Notes: a model not told the origin generated them from the letters alone. Shown: positions 28,363 to 37,568, counted from the first letter of the stretch. The stretch is 54,988 bases of DNA from a virus (IMGVR_UViG_3300034032_000011:1-54988), one strand, 5' to 3'. Numbers and translations are program-made.

Positions 28363-29135
28363 GACTCGACGTGCTGGTCAGTCTCGACCGTGCACGCTCT
28401 GCTGTTCATGCAGTAGTTGCGGTACCAGCAGTGAGCCGTGTGACCGGGTAGCTGCTGGTCCAGAGGACGGCCCATCGCCTCCTGGTCGCACTTGCCGCAC
28501 TTCCACTGAAGCAGCTTGAACTCGACTGCGACCGGGCAGTTGGCCTTGTGGGCCGCGTGCCAGTTGGTACCGCAGGTGTCGCAGAGGTCGTCGCGGGTCT
28601 TGTGCTCGTCGCCTCGACCCATGTGGGTCTCTGCACGACCGCGAGACAGGTCAGCGACCTGCTGCTCGAGCTCGGCGATGCGCTCTTCCTTGGCTCGCTC
28701 CATCGTACGGGCTTCCCAACCCGCCTTGGTCGGAGCACGACGGTCGAGTTCAGCCTTGTACTCCTCGACGGTACGGGCCTGGATGATGCCACCGTGGTTG
28801 GCCTCCATGACCTCCTGGAACATCTTGCCCCAGCCGAAGATGTCGTCCGAGTTGTCCGAGTAGTTCGGAGTCTCGAACGTGCGGAACATCTTGTAGGCGC
28901 TCATCATGAGAGGCACCTGCCAGTCGAGGATCTCGACTCCCAGGAGTGCCGACCACAGCTGGGCAGTGCGCTCCATGTTCTTGATGCGGTCTCCGTAGAC
29001 CGCCTTGCGAGACTCTAGGAGCTCGTCTGTCGAGTCGAGGATCTGCACGTTAACCCCAGGGCACTCGTGGTAGATCTCGTCTTGCCACACGTGGGAAGGG
29101 TGCGGCTCCTTGTTATCACACTTCATTGGATTCAC
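28341..29135 (-). CDS. DUF6378-like helical domain fused to Cys/His-rich zinc-binding modules
   Basis: RKAVYGD...RTAQLWSALLG...MMSAYKMFR...DNSDDIFGW, then CDTC...H...C, CGKC...H...C. Confidence 0.55.
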   Translation of the reverse strand: MNPMKCDNKEPHPSHVWQDEIYHECPGVNVQILDSTDELLESRKAVYGDRIKNMERTAQLWSALLGVEILDWQVPLMMSAYKMFRTFETPNYSDNSDDIFGWGKMFQEVMEANHGGIIQARTVEEYKAELDRRAPTKAGWEARTMERAKEERIAELEQQVADLSRGRAETHMGRGDEHKTRDDLCDTCGTNWHAAHKANCPVAVEFKLLQWKCGKCDQEAMGRPLDQQLPGHTAHCWYRNYCMNSRACTVETDQHVESCPQKPF

Positions 29136-29454
29136 TGGACAATCCTTTCAGGAGGTTGTACATTCTGGTTCTATCAATTGGACTGGTGTTGCCCATCCAC
29201 CCGTAACGGGTATCGAGCGGATTCTCCGACATGAACGCGAACAGCAAGCAGTCGGTCTGTACGGTACAGGGACCACAGACCTTCTTAGCTGGTGCGTCAA
29301 CAGCGTTTACACGCTCGAAGAAAATTTCTGGATCGGTCGACTTGCACGCAGCATCAGCCATCCAGGGCTGAGGATCCGGTGGTGTGACTGCAGCAGAGGC
29401 CATTGGATCAAACCACTGGCCTTGCCGCACCGCACCAGACGGAGACTCTTTCAT
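29116..29454 (-). CDS. whiB: WhiB family transcription factor
   Basis: W...AAC...DPEIFF...AKKVCGPCTVQTDCLLFA...YGWMGNTSPIDR: four Cys and a variant of the G(V/I)WGG turn. Confidence 0.88.
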   Translation of the reverse strand: MKESPSGAVRQGQWFDPMASAAVTPPDPQPWMADAACKSTDPEIFFERVNAVDAPAKKVCGPCTVQTDCLLFAFMSENPLDTRYGWMGNTSPIDRTRMYNLLKGLSSESNEV

Positions 29455-29975
29455 ATCTCCCTCCACAGGTTGCCGTTGAGAGCATCCCGAACGAAGTCTG
29501 ACAAGAGCAGGTTGACCTCGTCATTGACCAGTCCACCCTTGAGAGCAATGCGTGCCGCACTCTCCAGGTCAGCGTGGTTGGTCGTCGGGAAGTCGAACCC
29601 AAACAGATCCATGAACGCGGGCTTGACCACGTTCTTGACACCAGTGTTGTCGACGACTGAGCAGCCCTTGATAGTGCGTGCCAGCGTCTGTACCAGTGTC
29701 GTCATCTGTGCGTCCTGCTTGATGTTACGTCCTCGGTTGCGATAGCCCTCGAGGAACGTGTACACAGTACCATTGCTCTCCCGGATAGTCTGCACGTCAC
29801 TGTTGATGCGCAGTAGAAATCCGGGGTCAATGATGAAGGTCTTGTTGACCTCACTAGATACATCTGACCAGACCCTGTGGCGGACAGCTACTGTCTTAGC
29901 CACAGGGTCGAGCCGGATGATCACCAACCCGGTATCGACGATACCGGGGTCAATCCCTACCAGGATGGTGTCCAT
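29451..29975 (-). CDS. RuvC-like Holliday junction resolvase
   Basis: ILVGIDPGIVDTG, FLEG, HADLESAARIAL. Confidence 0.8.
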   Translation of the reverse strand: MDTILVGIDPGIVDTGLVIIRLDPVAKTVAVRHRVWSDVSSEVNKTFIIDPGFLLRINSDVQTIRESNGTVYTFLEGYRNRGRNIKQDAQMTTLVQTLARTIKGCSVVDNTGVKNVVKPAFMDLFGFDFPTTNHADLESAARIALKGGLVNDEVNLLLSDFVRDALNGNLWREI

Positions 29976-29981
29976 GATTCC

Positions 29982-32138
29982 CTACTTGATGTATCTGAAT
30001 GCTGACTTGATGTCGGCTGTCAGGGGGAACCCCGGCAGCTTTGAGTTAGACATGCACTCGTCCATGAGCTGGAGCATCATGTCCTCGTCCATGCCGTCTT
30101 CTTCTGGCCACCAGTCCACGCCGATCTCATCGTGGAACTGGCCGATCATCCGAGCGTTCGGAATCGCTACATGCTGCATGGAGCGGTAGAGCTCCAGCAT
30201 GCTGTCATAGAACATCTCTCGACAGAGAGACTGCGTGAAGATACCTGCCAGCTTACCACCGTAGATGGTGTACAGGATATCCTTGGTCCGCTTGTCCTTG
30301 ATGCGAGCCTTGCGAGTAGCCTCCTTGTTGATCGGCTCCCAGAGCTTCCCATCCGTTAGGTGATCGACCGGCTTGTAGTAAGCCAGCGACTTCCCATGGA
30401 AGTAGGCGCCGTGAACGAAGCGAGTGACGATCGGCTTACCGTCCTTGCCCTTGTCCAGAATCTGGAGACAGAGGCTCAGCGCCCCAGGATGAATCTCCTG
30501 GATGCTGGGCAGAGTGAACGGAATGACCCGCACCCACTGTCCGTAGGCCGTCTCGAACCCCGTCTCGTGGTTCGTCTGCACTGCTGTCTTGAGCATGTAG
30601 TCCAGGTCTCTCCAGAACTGGATGATCGCCGGGTTAGCCCGACGCCAGTCAGAGACGTTCTGAGCTGCCTCGTCGAGACTGATCTTGAAGCCGAGTCGAA
30701 ACATGAAGTCCTGCACTGCCACTGCGCTAGCCTGGTACCCACAGCTGAGCTCACTGTACTTGCCTCGTGGCCTGAGCTCTGCCGTGACGTCGTCAACGGT
30801 CAGGTGCTCGAAGCCCTCGAAGCGAGTGACGAGCACCTTGTAGACGTCAAGACCCTGACGGTAGGCCTCCAGCTTCCACTCCTCACCGGCGAGGTAAGCG
30901 AGACCGCGTGACTCCACTGCTGAGAAGTCTCCAACCAGGATCTTACCTGCCGGTGACCGGCTTGTGAAGACCTGACGGAGCTGGTTAGCCATGTCAGTGT
31001 TGGTCCACTCACACTTGTAGTCGTACATGGTATCCATGTCCCGAATGTTTCCAGCGAGCTTCTTGAGGTTCTGCATCTGTACACCACGACCACTGGTACG
31101 GAACGTCTGGCCAGCGCCGACGTGAATGTACTGGTTACGAAGCTGGTCGTCCTCTCCCGCTAGGTTGAGGATAGTGTTGAGCTTCGAGAGGCTGCTGCCT
31201 CCCAGCTCAGTCTTGCAGAGCAGCATGGCCCGGACCTCGTCGAGTTCCTTGGCTCGCTTCTCATCGGCCTTACCCTCCAGGATCTCAGCCTCTACCCGCG
31301 CCAGTACTCCTGGCAGCTGGTACTTGTCGAGGCTGGTGACCTTGACGTTGCGATCAGCACAGTACTTCTTGAGCTGAACCGGTGAACGGAAGTTGAGCTG
31401 CGCGTCCGTGTCGAGGAAGAACTGCTTCTCCTCAATGAGCGTGTTGGCCCACGCACGGAGAGCCATACGCTCGATGAGCGGACGGTCGATGTGCCAGCCC
31501 TCCGAGTTCATGTCATGGGTGATGAGCTCAAGCTCATCCTCCCTAGCCATGAGGTCTCCGGCTCCGAAGCTCTCGAAGAGCTTGCAAGCCTCGAGCTCGA
31601 TGTCGAGCCCTGCCTCAGCGTCTACCTCGCAGTAGGTACCGAACTGCACCCAGTCCTCTGGGTGGTCAGCGAGGATTCTCTCAGCGGTAGGGACACTGCC
31701 CTTGTTCCAGCTGTTCGGAACACAGAAGAGTTGGATGAGGTTACCACCGACAGCTAGCTTGTGCGTGCTGGTGAGCTGTCGAGAAGCTACCTCGAGCTTC
31801 TCTCCCACGCCCAGCATGCGAGCGTAGACGGCAGAGTCTCTGACTCTGTCGTTGATATCGAAGCCCATCCATGTGAGCACTGCGCGCTCGAAGCCCGCGT
31901 TGTGGGCAATGAAGGTCGTGGTCCTGTCCTCCAGCCAGAGACCCATCTCGTACTCGAACAGCGCCAGAGCGTCTGGATCGAGGATGAAGTCGAAGAGCTG
32001 CTTGACCCTGCCGAAGGCAGAGTCGTAAACGGTTGCCACCATGAGGGGCTGGAACGTGGGGTCAGCCACGTAGTTCCACAGCCCCTTGGTCTTGAGGTCG
32101 CAGTCCGAGTAAGTCTCGAAGTCGATACCGATCTTCAT
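29982..32138 (-). CDS. polA: DNA polymerase family A with 3'-5' exonuclease
   Basis: IDFETYS, AHNAGFE, YCEVDAE exo motifs. TSGRGVQMQNL, DFSAVESR (motif A), RPRGKYSELSCGY (motif B), FHDEI (motif C). Confidence 0.93.
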   Translation of the reverse strand: MKIGIDFETYSDCDLKTKGLWNYVADPTFQPLMVATVYDSAFGRVKQLFDFILDPDALALFEYEMGLWLEDRTTTFIAHNAGFERAVLTWMGFDINDRVRDSAVYARMLGVGEKLEVASRQLTSTHKLAVGGNLIQLFCVPNSWNKGSVPTAERILADHPEDWVQFGTYCEVDAEAGLDIELEACKLFESFGAGDLMAREDELELITHDMNSEGWHIDRPLIERMALRAWANTLIEEKQFFLDTDAQLNFRSPVQLKKYCADRNVKVTSLDKYQLPGVLARVEAEILEGKADEKRAKELDEVRAMLLCKTELGGSSLSKLNTILNLAGEDDQLRNQYIHVGAGQTFRTSGRGVQMQNLKKLAGNIRDMDTMYDYKCEWTNTDMANQLRQVFTSRSPAGKILVGDFSAVESRGLAYLAGEEWKLEAYRQGLDVYKVLVTRFEGFEHLTVDDVTAELRPRGKYSELSCGYQASAVAVQDFMFRLGFKISLDEAAQNVSDWRRANPAIIQFWRDLDYMLKTAVQTNHETGFETAYGQWVRVIPFTLPSIQEIHPGALSLCLQILDKGKDGKPIVTRFVHGAYFHGKSLAYYKPVDHLTDGKLWEPINKEATRKARIKDKRTKDILYTIYGGKLAGIFTQSLCREMFYDSMLELYRSMQHVAIPNARMIGQFHDEIGVDWWPEEDGMDEDMMLQLMDECMSNSKLPGFPLTADIKSAFRYIK

Positions 32139-32194
32139 TTGTTTCTCCTTGTGAGTCTAGGGGGAGGGCTTGTACACCCTCCCCCGGATGGTTA

Positions 32195-32596
32195 CTAGCG
32201 CGCTGCGCCAGGTGAACGATCGACGTCCGGGAACTCTGCCACGTCCTTGTCGTACCACTCCTTGGCCAGCGCCTGAATGCTACGCTTGTCAAGACCGCCC
32301 TCCATCACGATGGACCACGTAGTGATACCAACCTTCTGGAAGTACTTGAGACACGACATGACGTCGTTGGTCTGGACCGTGTTGAAGTAGTCCTTCATCT
32401 GGTCCACGTAGTAGACGATCATCTCGTCAAACTCCGAGCGAGGCATCTCGACGTTAGCGTCAGAGAGGTTGCTCCCCATGATGCCAGCCTCGATGTCGAG
32501 CCACGCGTCGTAGTCGTCCTTGAACATGGCTGCTACAGGTTCACCGGCCTCGAAGACCAGTTTGATGTAATACCCAAAGGGATTGTTGTCTTGCAT
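32195..32596 (-). CDS. Hypothetical protein
   Basis: TAATG-coupled, 133 aa, followed by a hairpin at about 32160-32185. Confidence 0.65.
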   Translation of the reverse strand: MQDNNPFGYYIKLVFEAGEPVAAMFKDDYDAWLDIEAGIMGSNLSDANVEMPRSEFDEMIVYYVDQMKDYFNTVQTNDVMSCLKYFQKVGITTWSIVMEGGLDKRSIQALAKEWYDKDVAEFPDVDRSPGAAR

Positions 32597-33561
32597 TAGT
32601 CCTCCAAGATGCTGACGTCTGAGTCAGCGTCGTTCTCTGCTCCATAGAGGAGCTCGATCTGTTCTGGGCAGAACGGATATCCGCGGTCTCCACGCCCACG
32701 AGGATTCGCTGGGCAGAAGGAGCAGTGGCTACCCACTCTGAACGAGAGATCCTTGTCAAGGATCTTCTGCTCTGATACCTTCATGGTCTCCATCCACGAG
32801 AACAGGTGCTCTCGTGTGATGTACCACTCGTTGACGTTGTCACACTGCAGGATGACGAGACGAATGTCGTCCTCGTCCTCGATGAAGCAAGCAGCATAGT
32901 AGAGCAGCTGCTCGTTCTCGATAGCCGGGATAGGCATTGTTCCCGCCTTGAGGTCGATGACGTACAACACGTTACCCTTGCGAATCAGGATATCGATAGT
33001 AGTCTTCGGCTTGGTCTGCAGCCAGTTGGCAGTGACCGTTGCCTCGGTGAGGATCTCACCGCCGTCCTCCAGCAGTTGAGCAATGTACTCGATAGCCTCA
33101 GCCAGGAACCTGATCAGCTTCGGCGGAGTCGAGTTGAGCTCAGGCTCTCCAGTCTCCTTGTTAGGGATGGTGAAGAGCAGCGTGGACAGGTACTCGTGCT
33201 CGAGAACGATCTCGCCAAAGCCCATGAAGCACCAGATGAGATACTGCTTCTCGTCCTGCAGCAGAGCAGTCCTGTTCTTGCCGAACACGTCGGCCAGCGA
33301 GCGCAGCATGGTAGCGACCTTGACGTAGTCGTAGCCGTGAGTAACCACCTGCTCCAGCACCTTGTGCAGTGCTGTACCCTGGTCTCGTGACTTGGCTCGC
33401 TCCTTCTCCTTGAACTCGAAGCCAGGAATGGCTTCAAGGAGGTTGGCGCTCGCGTGACAGTTGTGGTACTTGCTAGCAGCGCTAGCCGAGAACCGTAGCC
33501 TGTCCCTGATCGGAGTGATCGGGATGAGTGGCCGGTCCAGGATATCCTGGTCCTCACTCAT
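32596..33561 (-). CDS. Cas4-like PD-(D/E)xK exonuclease (DUF2800-like)
   Basis: SAS...C.AS, GTALH, TIDILI...VIDLKAG, QLLYYA, C-terminal HCSFCP...C. Confidence 0.82.
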   Translation of the reverse strand: MSEDQDILDRPLIPITPIRDRLRFSASAASKYHNCHASANLLEAIPGFEFKEKERAKSRDQGTALHKVLEQVVTHGYDYVKVATMLRSLADVFGKNRTALLQDEKQYLIWCFMGFGEIVLEHEYLSTLLFTIPNKETGEPELNSTPPKLIRFLAEAIEYIAQLLEDGGEILTEATVTANWLQTKPKTTIDILIRKGNVLYVIDLKAGTMPIPAIENEQLLYYAACFIEDEDDIRLVILQCDNVNEWYITREHLFSWMETMKVSEQKILDKDLSFRVGSHCSFCPANPRGRGDRGYPFCPEQIELLYGAENDADSDVSILED

Positions 33562-33757
33562 TGAGCTTCTCCACGTAGAACCGAGTCACCGTCGGGTCGA
33601 GCTGAAACTCCTCGAACCACTTGGGGAACCCCTCGATCTCGATGATCTCCTTCTTGGCCGAGCCAATCCACGGCAGCATCTCAGTGCTGTCGTTAACGGC
33701 TGTCCGAGACTTGAGGGCATCCTGATCGTTGGGAACGATGATGATGAGCTTAGTCAT
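33554..33757 (-). CDS. Hypothetical protein
   Basis: GGAGG RBS, 67 aa. Confidence 0.65.
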   Translation of the reverse strand: MTKLIIIVPNDQDALKSRTAVNDSTEMLPWIGSAKKEIIEIEGFPKWFEEFQLDPTVTRFYVEKLNE

Positions 33758-33778
33758 TGTGTCCTCCCGGACTGTAGA

Positions 33779-33808
33779 AGGGGCAGGGCTCGTGAGAACC
33801 CTGCCCCT
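33779..33808 (-). terminator. Hairpin / probable terminator after the SSB gene
   Basis: AGGGGCAGGG...CCCTGCCCCT inverted repeat just after the stop. Confidence 0.6.
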
Positions 33809-33816
33809 AGAGGTTA

Positions 33817-34533
33817 CTACTCGTCGGACCAGTCGTCGCCGTCCTCGAGGACGTCGGCGTCGTTGCCACCGAACAGCGGCAGCTCGAGGTCAGCGAGCAG
33901 GTAGGCCGTACGAACGTAGGCCGATACACCGAAGTTCGCTGCGTTGAAGGCGTTGAAGCGGACGTTCGTCTTGAACGGCCAGCTCGCACCCCACCACAGC
34001 GCGTCGGGATCGGTCTGCTCGCCGAGCCTGTCAGCGATGCTGGAGATCGGAACGACCTCCACGTCATCGCCGTCGCCCTTGACCAGCGCCTTGCGCGTGA
34101 TCGGCTTGTCCTCGCTCGGGCCAGCGACACGCAGCTTCGAGACGATACCTTCGATACCGTTCTTGGCGTTGTTCTCGATGTCCCGCTCGTTGAGGTTGCG
34201 GATGGGGAGATTGCTCTCCGACCAGTCCTCTTCCTTGACGAGCTTCTCGAGCTTGCCGATGAGGATCGGGTCGATCCCCTTGTCTCCGCCCGAGACCTTC
34301 TTGAGGGTCTTGGCGAACGGCAGGTAGACCTTGGTCAGGTTGCTGACCACGCGGTCGTGCTGCTCCTGGTTGAGCATCAGGCCGAAGCCGATACGATCAG
34401 CGAAGCGGGGCTTCGGAAGGTTCTTCCGGACGCGCCACTCCTGGAGCTGGTCGATGTTGCCCTCGTTCCACAGGGGGAACGCCATGAGACCCGAGACGTT
34501 GATGTTCTTCGGGTACTCAATCTTGTTTGCCAT
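33817..34533 (-). CDS. Single-stranded DNA-binding protein (DUF2815 / T7 gp2.5-like)
   Basis: Next to Cas4-like and PolA genes, strong codon bias, FGVSAY motif and acidic C-terminal tail (DVLEDGDDWSDE). Confidence 0.65.
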   Translation of the reverse strand: MANKIEYPKNINVSGLMAFPLWNEGNIDQLQEWRVRKNLPKPRFADRIGFGLMLNQEQHDRVVSNLTKVYLPFAKTLKKVSGGDKGIDPILIGKLEKLVKEEDWSESNLPIRNLNERDIENNAKNGIEGIVSKLRVAGPSEDKPITRKALVKGDGDDVEVVPISSIADRLGEQTDPDALWWGASWPFKTNVRFNAFNAANFGVSAYVRTAYLLADLELPLFGGNDADVLEDGDDWSDE

Positions 34534-34676
34534 AATGGTTTTCCTAACTGGATTCGATGTCGCCGAAAAAATTTCCGGACGACGCTATTGGTGGTTAGCC
34601 CGTTCATACGGAGGGCTAGACCGCTGCCTATCAACTTTAACTGGACGGAGTCCGCGTACTGAAGCACTCAGCAAGT

Positions 34677-34871
34677 CTATAGATCGTCACACTCACAGGG
34701 CTTCACCATGAAGCACTCCGTGCAGACTACCTCGTTCGGTTGAAGGTCTACAGAGCTAGTGGTCTTACAGATCACGTGCTCGTAACCATCGTCCGTGTGT
34801 CTGATCATCTGTCCAGCGTATATGGTGTGACCACAGGTCGCACACACCCCGTTGTACTTAGCCTCAAACAT
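34677..34871 (-). CDS. Small zinc-finger protein
   Basis: MFEAKYNGVCATCGHTI..G..I...HVIC...CTECF...C.C. Confidence 0.65.
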   Translation of the reverse strand: MFEAKYNGVCATCGHTIYAGQMIRHTDDGYEHVICKTTSSVDLQPNEVVCTECFMVKPCECDDL

Positions 34872-35053
34872 TAGAACCTGGTGTACTCGAGGTCGAGGAA
34901 CCAAGTCCAGAAACGAGAACGGTGCATCCACAAGGGTGCACGTCTCACTGTACCCGCCATGATGCGGAGCTCGATGAGCTCATCTTGTGTCATGTCTGGA
35001 TCGTAGAGGAACAAGGCTGCATTGAACAGCCTGTCACGATCTTCATCGTCCAT
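34871..35053 (-). CDS. Hypothetical protein
   Basis: TAATG-coupled chain, 60 aa. Confidence 0.6.
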   Translation of the reverse strand: MDDEDRDRLFNAALFLYDPDMTQDELIELRIMAGTVRRAPLWMHRSRFWTWFLDLEYTRF

Positions 35054-35226
35054 TAGTACTCGTCCCTCTCGATGGGCTCGTCCTCTGTCACGTCGTAGAC
35101 GTCACAGTTCTCTACCCGACAGCGACCGTCTGCTCCGAAGTCGTGAGGCCAATGGAGTGCCACGAGTCCCCGACGATTCTTAGCAGCGATGTCCTTCTTG
35201 GTAGACCGCTTGTTGTGACCCTTCAT
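35053..35226 (-). CDS. Small 57-aa hypothetical protein (not in ORF track)
   Basis: GAGGA RBS, MKGHNKRSTKK...ERDEY*, stop coupled to the next ATG. Confidence 0.6.
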   Translation of the reverse strand: MKGHNKRSTKKDIAAKNRRGLVALHWPHDFGADGRCRVENCDVYDVTEDEPIERDEY

Positions 35227-35281
35227 AGGTCGTCCTCTCGCTCTAGATTGTTCCTAGCGCTGGGCAGTTGGGCCCAACTCC

Positions 35282-35306
35282 ATTATACCACGGAGACGCC
35301 CCGGCC
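35282..35306 (-). promoter_or_regulatory. Leftward promoter GGCCGGGGC-N10-TATAAT, copy 1
   Basis: TGGTATAAT extended -10. Same upstream 9-mer and spacing as at 37544-37568. Confidence 0.65.
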
Positions 35307-35336
35307 GCACCCCCAATTCGGGGTAGGCCAGAGTGG

Positions 35337-35424
35337 CGCGAGGTTGCCACCTCTGGGCCGTGGCCCCCACCCGAGGGGTGGTGGATCCAGGTGCCCAGAA
35401 CTTCCGAGAGGTGGCAACCTCGCG
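35337..35424. repeat. 18-bp perfect inverted repeat with 52-bp spacer
   Basis: CGCGAGGTTGCCACCTCT (35337-35354) / AGAGGTGGCAACCTCGCG (35407-35424). Confidence 0.85.
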
Positions 35425-35455
35425 GGTGTACCATAGGTGTCGTTGCCCCGCTACC

Positions 35456-35860
35456 TCAGGTTTCGGGGGCAGTTTCCTGTACAGGATGGACACGTACGGT
35501 GTGCAGTCGCCAGCGCCTGACGTTCCAGCGCCGCTTACGTTCTGCTACTCGGTACTTACCCTCCCAGTAGGCCACACGCTCTGTGAGCGAGGCCATGACC
35601 GTCTTAGCTTCGGAGAGCTGGAAGGTGATTGCTATCTCTCGGTGGTGTTGCTTCTTGAGCTCACCACGGAGAGCGATGTTCTCGACAGTGAGATCAAGGA
35701 TCTCCTTCTCGAGTTGGAGCTGAGTCGGACCGAAGGCAGACTCAGCGTAGACGATAGGTCGCCGCTGCCTGTAGATCAGGACAGCGGCGACCGTCATGAG
35801 GAAGGCGAGGATCAGTGCCGAGACACTGATCCCCACCATCCACTGTTCAAAGATGGTCAT
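35456..35860 (-). CDS. Membrane-anchored coiled-coil protein
   Basis: N-terminal TM helix, then heptad pattern. Confidence 0.65.
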   Translation of the reverse strand: MTIFEQWMVGISVSALILAFLMTVAAVLIYRQRRPIVYAESAFGPTQLQLEKEILDLTVENIALRGELKKQHHREIAITFQLSEAKTVMASLTERVAYWEGKYRVAERKRRWNVRRWRLHTVRVHPVQETAPET

Positions 35861-36213
35861 GCTGACCTGCTTACTGCTCCGATGGCAACGACATGGTGCA
35901 TGCGTCGCTTGCCATGAATGGTCTCGATCTCAGGCTTGAGGATCTTCTCTGGTGGTAGCTGATTGCGTAGCCACCCCAGATTGGGGATGGGCTTCATGCA
36001 CTGAGTGCAGATCACCCATCCGAGCTCGGGCAACCGGACCTGGGTGACAGGCGGTTTACCCGGCTCTGTCACCCAGTTCCTGTGCTCGCAGAAGTCGTCT
36101 GGTCTCTCGAAGACACCGATGACTCTGCTACCCTCACCCTTGTTGAGGTCACGAACAGTCTTGTCTCTGCTCGCCTCCTCATTGTCATCGTATTCTACGA
36201 GTAGCCAACGCAC
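35857..36213 (-). CDS. Hypothetical protein with CxxC
   Basis: Coupled overlaps with both neighbours. Confidence 0.6.
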   Translation of the reverse strand: MRWLLVEYDDNEEASRDKTVRDLNKGEGSRVIGVFERPDDFCEHRNWVTEPGKPPVTQVRLPELGWVICTQCMKPIPNLGWLRNQLPPEKILKPEIETIHGKRRMHHVVAIGAVSRSA

Positions 36214-36491
36214 TAGTCCGTGTCCTCGTTCTTGATCATGATCGGGAACCCGATCGGTGGGTTAGGAACGACCACCGTCCAGTACTCGTGAACGTTAGAG
36301 ATGCTAGTAGTACGCATCTCCTTGGGAGTACGGGCGATGCCCTCTTGAATGTACCGAGTGTACGGATTGAGGCCACCATAAGTGACCTCATCAGCGAGCA
36401 GTAGCCTGTCATTGTACTTCCACTTCCCTCTCGGGTTGAAGAACATGACGAGGCTACCAGGCTTCTTAGCCTTCTTCCGCTTATTGCCCAT
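36213..36491 (-). CDS. Hypothetical protein
   Basis: Coupled overlaps, 92 aa. Confidence 0.6.
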   Translation of the reverse strand: MGNKRKKAKKPGSLVMFFNPRGKWKYNDRLLLADEVTYGGLNPYTRYIQEGIARTPKEMRTTSISNVHEYWTVVVPNPPIGFPIMIKNEDTD

Positions 36492-36817
36492 CAGTCGATG
36501 GGCGGCAGGTCGTGACCGGACTGCACGATCATGTTGGCGAAGATCTCCGCCATGGAGCGGAACGCCATGGCCATGAGGATGTCGCCGTGCTGGTGAGCCA
36601 GGTCGTGGTACATGACCAACGTGAGGAACGTTGTCTTCATGTCGCTGATCGCGTTCTTCTCGTCGTACTCGACGAGGTCCACGATGGCGTGGTGCTTGTC
36701 GTTAGCAGTGTTAACGACCCAGCCGTCGATGACAGCCAGCTTAGCGCTAGCGTACATCTCGTCCAGCTGCTTGCGGACAGCGTCCGCTTCTTCTTGCGTG
36801 AGTACTGAGTGGATCAT
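36491..36817 (-). CDS. Hypothetical protein
   Basis: 108 aa, coding bias. Confidence 0.65.
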   Translation of the reverse strand: MIHSVLTQEEADAVRKQLDEMYASAKLAVIDGWVVNTANDKHHAIVDLVEYDEKNAISDMKTTFLTLVMYHDLAHQHGDILMAMAFRSMAEIFANMIVQSGHDLPPID

Positions 36818-36866
36818 GGTCTTTCCATTTCTACTTGATGATGGTTATCTGTATTGGTAACGCAAA

Positions 36867-36900
36867 GAGGCGGCCACCCCTTGTTAGGGATGACCGCCTC
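36867..36900 (-). terminator. Probable terminator hairpin
   Basis: Minus strand GAGGCGGTCATCCC...GGGGTGGCCGCCTC followed by TTT. Confidence 0.6.
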
Positions 36901-36921
36901 AATGATGATGCCGGCGAAGAG

Positions 36922-37383
36922 TTACAGCGAGATGCCGCGAGCCTTGAGCATCTCGGCGAGAGCAGTGAGCTGCTCGTCGCTCGCCTTGCCGACGAGGTCC
37001 TCGATCTTCTGCGCCGGGTTCTTGACCGTGCGGGTCGCCTTCTCGGTGAAGAACGAGGCGCCGTTGCCACGCAGAGCGTAGTCAGCGTACTCGCCGGGGA
37101 CCTCGACGTTGCCGTCCTCGTCCGCCACGCCGACGTAGCGCGTGTCGAGCTTCTCGGAGAGCTGCGCGACGAGCGTGTCGACCGGAGTGTTGATGGGCAG
37201 GAGGCCCTCGGTCTCGAGGATCGCGTCGAGCTCCGTTGCCCACGGTGCGAACAGGTCGACCTTCTCCGGCGCGTAGCGGAGCGCGAACACGTAGTCCAGG
37301 AGGACTCGCTTGTCCGAGCGCTTGTCCGTCTGCGAGACGTCGAAGGCGGGCTTGTTCTCTTCGGTAGCCTTGGTCTTGGCCAT
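36922..37383 (-). CDS. Probably highly expressed hypothetical protein
   Basis: GGAAGGA RBS, MAKTKATEEN..., extreme codon bias, own promoter and terminator. Confidence 0.75.
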   Translation of the reverse strand: MAKTKATEENKPAFDVSQTDKRSDKRVLLDYVFALRYAPEKVDLFAPWATELDAILETEGLLPINTPVDTLVAQLSEKLDTRYVGVADEDGNVEVPGEYADYALRGNGASFFTEKATRTVKNPAQKIEDLVGKASDEQLTALAEMLKARGISL

Positions 37384-37543
37384 GATGTTATTCCTTCCTA
37401 GGAATGTTGGTGTTGCGTTTAGCGGTGCCGAGCCGGTACCGCCCTGTGTTGAGTGTCCGGACACAGGATCCAGTCCAGGTGTGGGATGCCAGTGCCACAC
37501 CTGAACCAGATTCAGCCGCCGGGCTGAACTTGGGCATACAACT

Positions 37544-37568
37544 ATTATAGCGCGTTCTGGCCCCGGCC
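37544..37568 (-). promoter_or_regulatory. Leftward promoter GGCCGGGGC-N10-TATAAT, copy 2
   Basis: Identical architecture to 35282-35306. Confidence 0.65.

Noticed and set aside
30730-30775. Leu at the PolA 762-equivalent position suggesting a temperate lifestyle
   Set aside because: This is only a correlation from other phage groups, and no integrase, repressor or partition genes were recognised.
32596-33561. Cas4 as evidence of a CRISPR-Cas system
   Set aside because: Stand-alone Cas4-like nucleases beside SSB and PolA are routine phage replication/recombination genes, and no other cas genes are present.
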